This document shows, in pieces, positions 22,465-33,469 of a stretch of DNA of 64,000 bases (within the stretch, counting starts at the first letter, position 1; every line of letters starts with the position of its first letter). The position numbers were made by a program, and so were the translations under genes. Origin of the DNA: Mobula hypostoma (Eukaryota). The notes under the pieces are model-generated. The model was not told the origin of the DNA and ran no database searches. It saw only the letters and a program-made list of their open reading frames with translations. The stretch spans positions 93,374,001 through 93,438,000 of the forward strand of contig NC_086107.1 of the NCBI RefSeq assembly GCF_963921235.1, in the 5' to 3' direction.

Positions 22465-24636
22465 TTGATCAACTTGATCATGGACAAGGATAGATCTGGT
22501 CCTAGGGTTGAGGTTCTTAACTGGAAGAAGGCCAAATTTGAAGAAATGAGAAAGGATCTAAAAAGCATGGATTGGGACAGGTTGTTCTCTGGCAAGGATG
22601 TGATCGGTAGGTGGGAAGCCTTCAAAGGAGAAATTTTGAGAGTGCAGAATTTGTATGTTCCTGTCAGGATTAAAGGCAAAGTGAATAGGAATAAGGAACC
22701 TTGGTTCTCAAGGGATATTGCAACTCTGATAAAGAAGAAGAGGGAGTTGTATGACATGTATAGGAAGCAGGGAGTAAATAAGGTGCTTGAGGAGTATAGG
22801 AAGTGCAAGAAAATACTTAAGAAAGAAATCAGGAGGGCTAAAAGAGGACATGAAGTTGCCTTGGCAGTCAAAGTGAAGGATAATCCAAAGAGCTTTTACA
22901 GGTATATTAAGAGCAAAAGGATTGTAAGGGATAAAATTGGTCCTCTTGAAGATCAGAGTGGTCGGCTATGTGCGGAACCAAAGGAAATGGGGGAGATCTT
23001 AAATAGGTTTTTTGCATCTGTATTTACTAAGGAAACTGGCATGAAGTCTATGGAATTAAGGGAAACAAGTAGTGAGATCATGGCAACTGTACAGATCGAA
23101 AAGGAGGAGGTCCTTGCTGTCTTGAGGAAAATTAAAGTGGATAAATCCCCAGGACCTGACAGGGTATTCCCTCGGACCTTGAAGGAGACTAGTGTTGAAA
23201 TTGCAGGGGCCCTGGCAGAAATATTTAAAATGTCGCTGTCTACAGGTGAGGTGCTGGAGGATTGGAGAGTGGCTCATGTTGTTCCTTTGTTTAAAAAAGG
23301 ATCGAAAAGTAATTCGGGAAATTATAGGCCAGTAAGTTTAACGTCGGTAGTAGGTAAATTATTGGAGAGAGTACTAAGAGACAGAATCTACAAGCATTTG
23401 GATAGACAGGGACTTATTAGGGACAGTCAACATGGCTTTGTGCGTGGTAGGTCATGTTTGACCAATCTACTGGAGTTTTTCGAGGAGGTTACCAGGAAAG
23501 TGGATGAAGGGAAGGCAGTGGATATTGTCTACATGGACTTCAGTAAGGCCTTTGACAAGGTCCCACATGGGAGATTAGTTAGGAAAATTCAGTCGCTAGG
23601 TATACATGAAGAGGTGGTAAATTGGATTAGACATTGGCTCAATGGAAGAAGCCAAAGAGTGGTAGTAGAGAATTGCTTCTCCAAGTGGAGGCCTGTGACT
23701 AGTGGTGTGCCACAGGGATCAGTGCTGAGTCCATTGTTATTTGTCATCTATATCAATGATCTGGATGATAATGTGGTAAATTGGATCAGCAAATTTGCTG
23801 ATGATACAAAGATTGGAGGTGTAGTAGACAGTGAGGAAGGTTTTCAGAGCCTGCAGGGGGACTTGGACCAGCTGGAAAAATGGGCTGGAAAATGGCAGAT
23901 GGAGCTTAATACAGACAAGTGTGAGGTATTGCACGTTGGAAGGACAAACCAAGGTAGAACATACAGGGTTAATGGTAAGGCACTGAGGAGTGCAGTGGAA
24001 CAGAGGGATCTGGGAATACAGATACAAAATTCCCTAAAAGTAGCATCACAGGTAGATAGGGTTGTAAAGAGAGCTTTTGGTACATTGGCCTTTATTAATC
24101 AAAGTATTGAGTATAAGAGCTGGAATGTTATGATGAGGTTGTATAAGGCATTGGTGAGGCCGAATCTGGAGTATTGTGTTCAGTTTTGGTCACCAAATTA
24201 CAGGAAGGATATAAATAAGGTTGAAAGAGTGCAGAGAAGGTTTACAAGGATGTTGCCGGGACTTGAGAAACTCAGTTACAGAGGAAGGTTGAATAGGTTA
24301 GGACTTTATTCCCTGGAGCGTAGAAGAATGAGGGGAGATTTGATAAAGGTATATAAAATTATGATGGGTATAGATAGAGTGAATGCAAGCAGGCTTTTTC
24401 CACTGAGGCAAGAGGAGAAAAAAACCAGAGGACATGGGTTAAGGGTGAGGGGGGAAAGGTTTAAAGGGAACATTAGGGGGGGCTTCTTCACACAGAGAGT
24501 GGTGGGAGTATGGAATGAGCTGCCAGACGAGGTGGTAAATGCGGGTTCTTTTCTAACATTTAAGAATAAATTAGACAGATACATGGATGGGAGGTGTATG
24601 GAGGGATATGGTCCGTGTGCAGGTCAGTGGGACTAG
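22465..24636 (+). CDS. CR1 ORF2 remnant with complete reverse transcriptase domain (APE missing)
   Basis: 723 aa, no stops; KSPGPD, NYRPVSLTS, QHGF, DFSKAFDKVPH, SGVPQGSVL, KFADDTK. Confidence 0.9.
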   Translation: MINLIMDKDRSGPRVEVLNWKKAKFEEMRKDLKSMDWDRLFSGKDVIGRWEAFKGEILRVQNLYVPVRIKGKVNRNKEPWFSRDIATLIKKKRELYDMYRKQGVNKVLEEYRKCKKILKKEIRRAKRGHEVALAVKVKDNPKSFYRYIKSKRIVRDKIGPLEDQSGRLCAEPKEMGEILNRFFASVFTKETGMKSMELRETSSEIMATVQIEKEEVLAVLRKIKVDKSPGPDRVFPRTLKETSVEIAGALAEIFKMSLSTGEVLEDWRVAHVVPLFKKGSKSNSGNYRPVSLTSVVGKLLERVLRDRIYKHLDRQGLIRDSQHGFVRGRSCLTNLLEFFEEVTRKVDEGKAVDIVYMDFSKAFDKVPHGRLVRKIQSLGIHEEVVNWIRHWLNGRSQRVVVENCFSKWRPVTSGVPQGSVLSPLLFVIYINDLDDNVVNWISKFADDTKIGGVVDSEEGFQSLQGDLDQLEKWAGKWQMELNTDKCEVLHVGRTNQGRTYRVNGKALRSAVEQRDLGIQIQNSLKVASQVDRVVKRAFGTLAFINQSIEYKSWNVMMRLYKALVRPNLEYCVQFWSPNYRKDINKVERVQRRFTRMLPGLEKLSYRGRLNRLGLYSLERRRMRGDLIKVYKIMMGIDRVNASRLFPLRQEEKKTRGHGLRVRGERFKGNIRGGFFTQRVVGVWNELPDEVVNAGSFLTFKNKLDRYMDGRCMEGYGPCAGQWD

Positions 24637-24715
24637 GCAGAAAATGGTTCGACACAGCCAAGACGGGCCAAAGGGCCTGTTTCTGTGCTGTAGTTTCTAT
24701 GGTTTCTATGGTTTT
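22467..24715 (+). mobile_element. Young 5'-truncated CR1 LINE
   Basis: Uninterrupted ORF2 remnant; 3' UTR with (TTTCTATGG)n tail; flanked by GTTTT repeats. Confidence 0.95.
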
Positions 24716-25879
24716 CACACCTTTCCTTAATCAGCCTGCAAATCTGTTTCTCAATGTCCTAATGTACAATCCCATCAGAGTGATCGCAACCTTCCTATAC
24801 TTGAGCTCTACCCATATAAGCTCAGGGGATCAGCCTTCCATTATGTCCCCTCTGAGTGCAGCAGTGATATTGTCCATGATTAGTAGTGCAACTCCCTCAG
24901 CTCTTTTGCCAGCCTCCCTACCTTCCCTAAAACATTGAAACCCTGGGATATTAAGCACCCATTCCTGTCCCTCTCTCAACCACGTCTCTGTAAAGGCCAC
25001 AACATCATGGTTCCAAGTACTGATCCATGCTCCAAGTTCATCGCCTACACCCATAAGTCTCCTAGCATTAAAATGCACACACTTCAAAGCTATCCATCCC
25101 AGCACAGCTATTGCTTTGCTTATACCTGTTTTTACTAGCCCTGACATCTACCTTCCTCTCTGTTCCTTCACCTTCTGACCTGATGCTCTACTTCCCATCC
25201 CACTGCCAGACTAGTTTAAACCCTCCCAGGAAATACTAGTGAACCTCCTATGGCAAACATCTTTTTCCCAGGGCAGAAATGTCAAATACTGGAGTGCATA
25301 GCTGTAAGCTGAGTGATGGAAAGTTTCAAAGAAGTTCTCAAGGCAAGTTTTTCACACAGCGTTAAGTGCTTTGGATGCATTGCTGAGGAGATGGTGGAAA
25401 CAGAGACAACGGCAATGCTGAAGAGGCATTTTGACACATGATCGGCCAGGGAATGCAGGAGTATAGATCATTTGCAGGCAGATGGAATTGGTTAAAATTG
25501 GCATTGTGGTTGGCACAAACATTGTGGGCCAAAGGGCCTGCGAGTGCTGTTCTGTTCTGCGTCCTCTCTCCTCACATCAATTAACATTTCACACCAATTA
25601 CACACAGAGAAGGTGCAAGTTAGGGGGCGGATTCGTGGGGTGAGTTTGGTGGAGAGGCGCTAATAAGTGACTTCTCCAACTGCTAGAAACGGTGACTGAC
25701 CCACTAAAGACTCCTGCACATCGCACCCTGTTTAACACGGCTTCAGTGCAATGTTCATCCAGACAGGAGGTGTCACGGAGCCTGTGGGGGGGGGGGGGCG
25801 GGTGCAGAGTCACTTTGCCTGGTGCTGCTCGGCTATCTTAATTCTCCCACCAAGTACAGAGACTCTGGGAGAGCATCGG

Positions 25880-26017
25880 GGAGAGAGAACACAAAAGATT
25901 ATTCTGGAAATCCAGAGTAACACATACAAAATGCTGGAGGAATTCTGCAGGTCAGGAAGCATCTATGGAGAGGAATAAAGAGCCATCTTTTCAGACTGTG
26001 ACTGTTCTTCAGGACTG
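25880..26017 (-). mobile_element. Degraded Penelope terminal-repeat fragment
   Basis: AAATGCTGGAGGAATTCTGCAGGTCAGGAAGCATCTATGG...TTCTTCAGGACTG. Confidence 0.7.
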
Positions 26018-26339
26018 GGAGAATGCTGTGGTAGAGCAATTAGCATTAATCTGGAATTGTGGCTTTAAATATATGTGAGACATCAATTTCCTCCATGACC
26101 TAACTCTCCCTCCACCACGCCAAGTCTCACATCTCCTACCTAGCTACGCCCTCTGTACCTTCCTCTACAAAGCCCCCTATTGTTCTCTCTTTGAATCCCA
26201 TCCCTAAAAAACTTTAAACAGGTTGCCTTACTTGGTCAAGAAACTCATCTGGTTCACTCCAAACTTTTCTCCGAGGCTTATCCCTTGTAGTAGTCTCTCC
26301 CACTGAAACCAGTCTCCTGTATCGCACATCCCTGCTGAT

Positions 26340-26860
26340 ACCATAAGACAAAGAAGCAGATTTAGGCCACTTAATCCATAGAGCCTGCTCAGCTATTCAA
26401 TCCTGGCTGATTTATTTCAATCTTATTCTCCAGTCTTCTCCCATAACCTTTGAGGACCTTACCAATCAAGAACCTATCAACCTCCGCTTTAAATATACCA
26501 AATGACTTGGCCTCCACAGCTATCTGTGGCAATAAATTCCACAGTTTCACTACTCTCTGGCTAAATAATTTCCTCCTCATATCTGTTTTAAGGGGATGTT
26601 CTTCCACTTTTGAAGTTGTGCTCTCATCCTCGACTCCCCCACTATAGGAAATATCCTCTCCACATCCATTCCATCTAGGTCTTTCAAAATTCAATAGGTT
26701 TCAATGAGATTCCTCCTTCATTCTTTTAAACTCCAGTGAGTACAGGCCCAGAACCATCAAACTCTCCTCATACATTAAACCTTGCATTCCCAGGATCACT
26801 CTCGTAGACCTCTTCTGGACCCTCCAAGCCAGCACATCCTTTCTTAAGATAAGTACTCTG
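26340..26860 (-). mobile_element. CR1 3' fragment
   Basis: Minus ORF MRRKLFSQRVVKLWNLLPQIAVEAKSFGIFK. Confidence 0.85.
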
Positions 26861-28309
26861 AGGTGATACAAGAGAAAAGCAGTAACAGAACACAGGACAT
26901 ACTATTACAGATAAAGTGCAATGCAAGTAGACAAATAAAGTTCAAGGGCCACAACGAATTAGATTGTGAGATCAAAGGTCTTTATTATCGTACAAGAGTC
27001 TTACAACTGTGGGATAGACACTGTCCTTGAGACTGGTCGTGTACGTTTTCAAACTTTTGTATCTTCTGCTCGATGGAAAGGGGGAATGAAGAGCATGACA
27101 TGAGAAGGAACTTCTTTAGCCAGAGGTTGGTGAATCTTGGAATTAATTGCCACAGATGACTGTGGAGGCCAGGTCATTGGACATGTTGAAAGTGGAAGTT
27201 GGTAGATTCTTCATTAGTCAGTGTGTCAAAGGTTACAGGGAGAATGGGATTGAACGGAACAATAAATCAGCCATGATGTCATGGTAGAGTAGACTCGATG
27301 GGCCGAATGGCCTAATAGTAAGAAAATATAAATCAGATTCTTGTTGGTGGGAGCTAGCTGTTCACAAAACATACCTTGTATCCTACAATTCAATTATAGC
27401 CACACTGCAAAAATACCTTGGGGCCAGGGAAACTCCAAACAGACACAGTGAAAGGTGTAATAGAAATGCAAGTTTTTCTAATTATGCTCATCATACCCTC
27501 CCCCACCCTCCAATTCCAATCCTGCCCCAGCCGTCGCCAATCATACTCGGTGTACAAATTCCCATTCCCGGGATTTATTTATTCTCTTGGAATATCTGGG
27601 ATAATTTATTGCGAAATTGGCAACGTCATTTTATGGTTCATACTATAATGGAAGCTGATTTCTTTTTTAATCAAAGTGCAAAAATAGATTCTACAATTTA
27701 CAGATGATTTTGTTTTTAAAGGAGGCTGTGGCATTTAGGATATTTCTAGCAAGTTACAGCCTCCGAACTGTGAGTCACAAAGGGCTCGCTGACATATCTG
27801 GTACACACTGTGCAGGTGACTGATGGTTTTACGAGATGCTGCTCGGGAGATTTCTTAAAGGGGAGGTGTTTTACCTATAGAATTTCCCAGTTCTGTATCT
27901 TATCCACAGAAGCAAGTGGGCTGATAGTGTGATGTGATGCATTTTGGGAGATCAAAGGAAAAGGGAAAGCTACTGGCAGGACACAGAACTGTGCTGTTGT
28001 ACAAATGGATCTTACAACATGGAGCATAGACCATTACAGCACAATACAGACCCTTTGGTCCATGCTATTGTACTGACCTAAGATCAATCTAACCCATCCC
28101 ACACATATAGCCCTCTGTATTAATTTTCATCCATGTGCCTCAGAGTTTCTTAAACGCCCCTAATATATCTGTGTTAAATGCGTGTCATCTCGTCGTGGAC
28201 ATTTTGATCCCGATACCGGCTACCGAAGTTCAAAGTAAATTTATTATCAAAGTATGTTTATGTTACCATATACTACCTTGAGATTCCTTTTCTTGCTGTC
28301 TACGCGATC

Positions 28310-28915
28310 TATGAATCATAGAACACTACAGCACAGAGAGAGACCCTTCGGCCCATCTAGTTTGTGCCAAACCATTAATCTGCCTAGTCCCATCAACCTG
28401 AACCCAGACTGTAGCCCTCCATATCTCTCCCATCCATCTACCTATCCAAACTTCTTTTAACTGTTGAAATTGAATCTGCATGCACAGTTTCCACTGGCAG
28501 CTCATTCCACACTCTGACCGCCCTCTGACTAAAGAAATTCCATCCCAAGTTTCCCTTCAACATTTCAGCTTTAGTTGTAGTCTCACCCAAACTCAGTGAA
28601 AAAGCCTGCTTGCATCTACCCTACCTGTACCTCTAATCGTTTGATATACCTCTATCAAATCTCCCCTCAAATTTCTACATCCTAGGGAACAAGTCTTACT
28701 AGCCTATACAACTTTTCCCTATAAATCAGGTTCTCAAGACCCGGTAACATCCTTGTAAGTTGTCTCTGTACTCTTTCAACCTTATTTACATCTTTCTTGT
28801 AGGTATGTGACCAAAACTGCACACCATACTCCAAATTAAGCCTCACCAATGTCTTATACAACTTCAACATAACATCCCATCTCCTGTACTCAATAAATTG
28901 ATTTATGAAGGCCAT
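28310..28915 (-). mobile_element. CR1 3' fragment
   Basis: Minus ORF AFINQFIEYRRWDVMLKLYKTLVRLNLEYGVQFWS. Confidence 0.85.
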
Positions 28916-29185
28916 TGACTCAAACCATGAGAGGCCTGTGTCGGGCATTTTCATGCCTTACAAGGCGCAGATTGGAAGTCTGTGTGGGGCGCCACTCCTC
29001 GCACAGACACTAGAGCAATGTGTGGTTAAGTGCCTTGCTCAAGGACACAAACACGCAGCCACAGCTGAGGCTCAAACTAGTGACCTTCAGGTCACTAGAC
29101 GAATGCCTTAACCATTTGGCCACATCATCCAACCCAGGATGACCTGCAGGCTAGCAGGGAAGGAACACTTTCCATCTCCTTACAG
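28915..29185 (-). mobile_element. tRNA/CORE-type SINE, minus strand
   Basis: Minus reads GTGGCCAAATGGTTAAGGC (A-box), AGTTTGAGCC (B-box), GTGTCCTTGAGCAAGGCACTTAACC (CORE-like). Confidence 0.75.
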
Positions 29186-29304
29186 GGGTATAGATAGGGT
29201 AAATGCAAGCAGGCTTTTTTCAACTGAGATCGGATGAGACTAGAACTAGGGGGTGATTGATTAGGGGTAAGGGTGAAATATTTAAATGGACCATAATATG
29301 AACT

Positions 29305-29618
29305 GTGTGAGCACGTGGCCAAGTGGTTAAGGCATTGGACTAGCTACCTGAAGGTCGTGAGTTCGAGCCCCAGCTGAGGGAACGTGTTGTGTCCTTGAGC
29401 AAGGCATTTAATCACACAGTGCTCTGCGACGACACTGGTGCCAAGCTGTATGGGTCCTAATGCCCTTCCCTTGGACAACATTGGTGTCGTGGAGAGGGGA
29501 GACTTGCAGCATGGGCAACTGCTGGTCTTCCATACAACCTTGCCCAGGCCTGCGCCCTGGAGAGTGAAGACTTTCCAGGTGCAGATCCATGGTCTCGCAA
29601 GACTAACGGATGCCTTAG
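29305..29618 (+). mobile_element. Full-length tRNA/CORE SINE with RTE-like tail and 10-bp TSD, inside a CR1 fragment (29185-29840)
   Basis: A-box TGGCCAAGTGG, B-box GAGTTCGAGCC, CORE-like GTGTCCTTGAGCAAGGCA; TSD AATATGAACT at 29295-29304 and 29619-29628. Confidence 0.9.
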
Positions 29619-30094
29619 AATATGAACTACTTCACTCAGAGGGTGGTGAGACTGTGGAATGAGCTGCCAGGGGATATGGTGGGTGCAGGTTCGATTTCAA
29701 CACTTCGGAGAGGTTTAGATAAGTGCATAGATGGGAGTGGGGATATGGAGAGCTATGGTCCGGGTGCAGGTTGATGGGACTAGACAGAATAATTGTTTGG
29801 CATGGGGCCGAAGGTTCTATGCTGTATTACTGTATGACTCTATAAATCACTACTGGGGATCAAGAAATTGATATTTAGTTTAATTACAATTGTGACATGT
29901 ACCAAGCTACAAGGAAGTGCTTTTGTCTGAGTGACATCCAGCCAGATCACTCCATACACCAAGGTAGTAAAAGGGAAATCGAATGCAGAATAGAGTGTTA
30001 CACTTACAGAGAAAGTGCAGTGCAGGTAGACAAATAATGTGCAAAGAGCCATTACTGGGTAGATCAAGAGATCAGAAGTTATTGTTTATCGGAG

Positions 30095-30765
30095 GCTTTT
30101 TGAGGTATTGATCAGACCACGTATGGAGTATTATGAAGCGACTTGGGCACCTTATCTAAAAAAGGATGTGCTGGCATTGGAGAGGGTCCATGGGTGCTTC
30201 ACAAGAATGATCTCAGGAATGAAATGATTAATATCCTGACGAAGGGTCTTGGCCCAAAACGTCGACTGTACCTCTTCCTATAGATGCTGCCTGGCCTGCT
30301 GTGTTCACCAGCATTTTTCGTGTGTGTTGCTTGATTAATGTACGAGAATCTTTTGATTGTTCTGGGCTTAAAGTTTAGAAGAATGAGGGGGGAATATCAT
30401 TGAAACCTATTGAATATTGCAAGGGCTGGATAGAGTGGACGTAAAGAGGATGTTTCCAATAGTGGGAGAGTCTAGGATCAGAAGGCACAGCCTCAGAATA
30501 GAAGGATGCCCCTTTAGAATAGAGATGAGGAGAAATTCCTTTCGCCAAAGGGTGGTGAATCCATGGAATTCATTGCCACAGATGGTTTTGGAGGCCAAGT
30601 CGTTGGGTATATTTAAAGCAGAGGTTTATAGTTCTTGATTAGTAAGGGTCAAAGCTTATAGGGAGAAGGCAGAAGCATGGGGTTGAGAGAGATAATAAAT
30701 CAGCCATGATGGAATACCAGAAAGCACTCAATGGGTCAAATGGCCTAATTCTGCTCCTGTGTCGT
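30095..30765 (+). mobile_element. CR1 3' fragment
   Basis: GLDRVDVKRMFPIVGESRIRRHSLRIEG...QRVVNPWNSLP. Confidence 0.85.
30233..30331 (+). mobile_element. 99-bp Penelope terminal-repeat insertion with 8-bp TSD
   Basis: TGATTAAT at 30225-30232 and 30332-30339; the insert is the hammerhead motif plus tail. Confidence 0.9.
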
Positions 30766-31334
30766 ATACAAGAAGTCCATTCTAGAGATAGAATGTGTCT
30801 TTGAGCATGGTGGCTCATGTTCTGAAGCTTTTGTATCTTTGGCCTGACGAATGGATGTGGGGAAGAGAAGAAAGGAAAAAGCTTCAACAAGAGAAAATCT
30901 GCAGATGCTGGAAATCCAAGCCACACACAGAAGACGCTGGAGGAACTCAGCAGGCCAGGCTGCATCTATGGAAAAAGACTCCTGCCAAAGAGTCTCGGCC
31001 CAAAACGTCGAAAGAGAAAAACTTGCTTTTTTTAAATTGTATCTTTTGTGGCTTTGAAGCATCCTAAAGGGTTTTGGAACAATTGAATATTTTATTTTTT
31101 GTATTGCTGTGGAAATGCATTCAAATAACATCATCCTGCGCCTCCTAGTTGACCTGAATCAAAATCAGGTTTATTATTATTAGTGACATATATCATGAAG
31201 TTTGTTGTGCAGCAGCAACAGTGCAGAACAAGACATAAAAATATTACTCTAAGTTACAAGAAGAAATATATAGCAACACACATCAAAGTTGCTGGTGAAC
31301 GCAGCAGGCCAGGCAGCATCTATAGGAAGAGGCG

Positions 31335-31372
31335 CAGTCGACGTTTCAGGCCGAGACCCTTCGTCAGGACTA
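31335..31372 (-). ncRNA. Hammerhead ribozyme motif in the inverted pseudo-LTR
   Basis: CAGTCGACGTTTCAGGCCGAGACCCTTCGTCAGGACTA is the exact reverse complement of the 33470 motif. Confidence 0.78.
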
Positions 31373-31647
31373 ACTGAAGGAAGAGTGAGTAAGGGATTTG
31401 AAAGCTGGAGGGGGAGGAGGAGATGAAAAATGATAGGAGAAGACAGGAGGGGGAGGGATGGAGCCGAGAGCTGGACAGGTGATAGGCAGAAGGGGATACG
31501 AGAGGATCATGGGACAGGAGGTCCGGGAAGAAAGACGGGGGGGGGGTGACCCAGAGGATGGGCAAGAGGTATATTCAGAGGGACAGAGGGAGAAAAAGGA
31601 GAGTGAGAGAAAGAATGTGTGCATAAAAAGGAGTAACAGATGGGGGA

Positions 31648-33177
31648 CCTATTGTCTCAGCTTGCTCCTGCCCCACCGAACTCGTTTCTGCATACCTCGA
31701 CACTGTTTTATCACCCCTTGTTCAATCCCTTCCGACCTATGTTCGTGACACTTCTCACGCTCTTAAACTTTTCGATGATTTTAAGTTCCCTGGCCCCCAC
31801 CGCTTTATTTTCACCATGGATGTCCAGTCCCTATATACTTCCATCCCCCATCAGGAAGGTCTCAAAGCTCTACGCTTCTTTTTGGATTCCAGACCTAATC
31901 AGTTCCCCTCTACCACCACTCTGCTCCGTCTAGCAGAATTGGTCCTTACTCTTAATAATTTCTCCTTTTGCTCCTCCCATTTCCTCCAAACTAAAGGTGT
32001 AGCTATGGGCACCCGTATGGGTCCTAGCTATGCCTGCCTTTTTGTTGGGTTTGTGGAACAATCTATGTTCCATGCCTATTCTGGTATCTGTCCCCCACTT
32101 TTCCTTCACTACATCGACGACTACATTGGCGCTGCTTCCTGCACGCATGCAGAACTCGTTGACTTTATTAACTTTGCCTCCAACTTTCACCCTGCCCTCA
32201 AGTTTACCTGGTCCATTTCCGACACCTCCTTCCCCTTTCTAGATCTTTCTGTCTCTGTCTCTGGAGACAGCTTATCCACTGATGTCTACTATAAGCCTAC
32301 TGACTCTCACAGCTATCTGGACTATTCCTCTTCTCACCCTGTCTCTTGCAAAAACGCCATCCCCTTCTCGCAATTCCTCCGTCTCCGCCGCATCTGCTCT
32401 CAGGATGAGGCTTTTCATTCTAGGACGAGGGAGATGTCTTCATTTTTTAAAGAAAGGGGCTTCCCTTCCTCCACTATCAACTCTGCTCTTAAACGCATTT
32501 CCCCCATTTCACGTACATCTGCTCTCACTCCATCCTCCCACCACCCCACTAGGAATAGGGTTCCCCTGGTCCTCACCTACCACCCCACCAGCCTCCGGGT
32601 CCAACATATTATTCTCCGTAACTTCCGCCACCTCCAACGGGATCCCACCACTAAGCATATCTTTCCCTCCCCCCCTCTCTCTCCATTCCGCAGGGATCGC
32701 TCCCTACACAACTCCCTTGTCCATTCGTCCCCCCCATCCCTCCCCACTGATCTCCCTCCTGGCACTTATCTGTGTAAGCGGAACAAGTGCTACACATGCC
32801 CTTACACTTCCTCCCTTACCACCATTCAGGGCCCCAAACAGTCCTTCCAGGTGAGGCATCACTTCACCTGTGAGTCGACTGGGGTGATATACTGCGTCCG
32901 GTGCTCCCGATGTGGCCTTTTATATATTGGTGAGACCCGACGCAGACTGGGAGACCGCTTCGCTGAACATCTACGCTCTGTCCGCCAGAGAAAGCAGGAT
33001 CTCCCAGTGGCCACACATTTTAATTCCACATCCCATTCCCATTCTGACATGTCTATCCACGGCCTCCTCTACTGTAAAGATGAAGCCACACTCAGGTTGG
33101 AGGAACAACACCTTATATTCCGTATGGGTAGCCTCCAACCTGATGGCATGAACATTGACTTCTCTAACTTCCGCTAG
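31648..33177 (+). CDS. Penelope RT + GIY-YIG endonuclease (N-terminally truncated, frame open)
   Basis: The frame is open from PIVSACSCPTE (31648) through MDVQSLYTSIP, GVAMGTRMGPSYA, YIDD, then GVIYCVRCSRCGLLYIGETRRRLGDRFAEH, to the stop at 33177. Confidence 0.93.
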   Translation, partial: PIVSACSCPTELVSAYLDTVLSPLVQSLPTYVRDTSHALKLFDDFKFPGPHRFIFTMDVQSLYTSIPHQEGLKALRFFLDSRPNQFPSTTTLLRLAELVLTLNNFSFCSSHFLQTKGVAMGTRMGPSYACLFVGFVEQSMFHAYSGICPPLFLHYIDDYIGAASCTHAELVDFINFASNFHPALKFTWSISDTSFPFLDLSVSVSGDSLSTDVYYKPTDSHSYLDYSSSHPVSCKNAIPFSQFLRLRRICSQDEAFHSRTREMSSFFKERGFPSSTINSALKRISPISRTSALTPSSHHPTRNRVPLVLTYHPTSLRVQHIILRNFRHLQRDPTTKHIFPSPPLSPFRRDRSLHNSLVHSSPPSLPTDLPPGTYLCKRNKCYTCPYTSSLTTIQGPKQSFQVRHHFTCESTGVIYCVRCSRCGLLYIGETRRRLGDRFAEHLRSVRQRKQDLPVATHFNSTSHSHSDMSIHGLLYCKDEATLRLEEQHLIFRMGSLQPDGMNIDFSNFR

Positions 33178-33469
33178 GCCCCACCTCCCCCTCGTACCCC
33201 ATCTGTTACTCCTTTTTATGCACACATTCTTTCTCTCACTCTCCTTTTTCTCCCTCTGTCCCTCTGAATATACCTCTTGCCCATCCTCTGGGTCACCCCC
33301 CCCCCGTCTTTCTTCCCGGACCTCCTGTCCCATGATCCTCTCGTATCCCCTTCTGCCTATCACCTGTCCAGCTCTCGGCTCCATCCCTCCCCCTCCTGTC
33401 TTCTCCTATCATTTTGCATCTCCCCCTCCCCCTCCAGCTTTCAAATCCCTTACTCACTCTTCCTTTAGT

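Larger units (their letters stand above)
21530..25250 (-). mobile_element. Older degraded CR1 (APE to start of RT), split by a younger antisense CR1
   Basis: Minus ORF LKCVHFNARRLM...DVVAFTETWLREGQEWVLNIPGFQCFR at 24830-25147; continues leftward from 22466 (IMGDFTFPNINW). Confidence 0.85.

Noticed and set aside
27721..27764. pre-miRNA
   Set aside because: The stem is only about 12 bp, pairing does not extend into the flanks, and I recognise no known mature miRNA.
29311..29385. tRNA gene
   Set aside because: The A/B boxes run into a CORE block and LINE-like tail with a TSD; it is a SINE head.
31816..33177. Telomerase or bacterial retron/group II intron RT
   Set aside because: The C-terminal GIY-YIG domain, pseudo-LTR and TSD identify a Penelope-like element.
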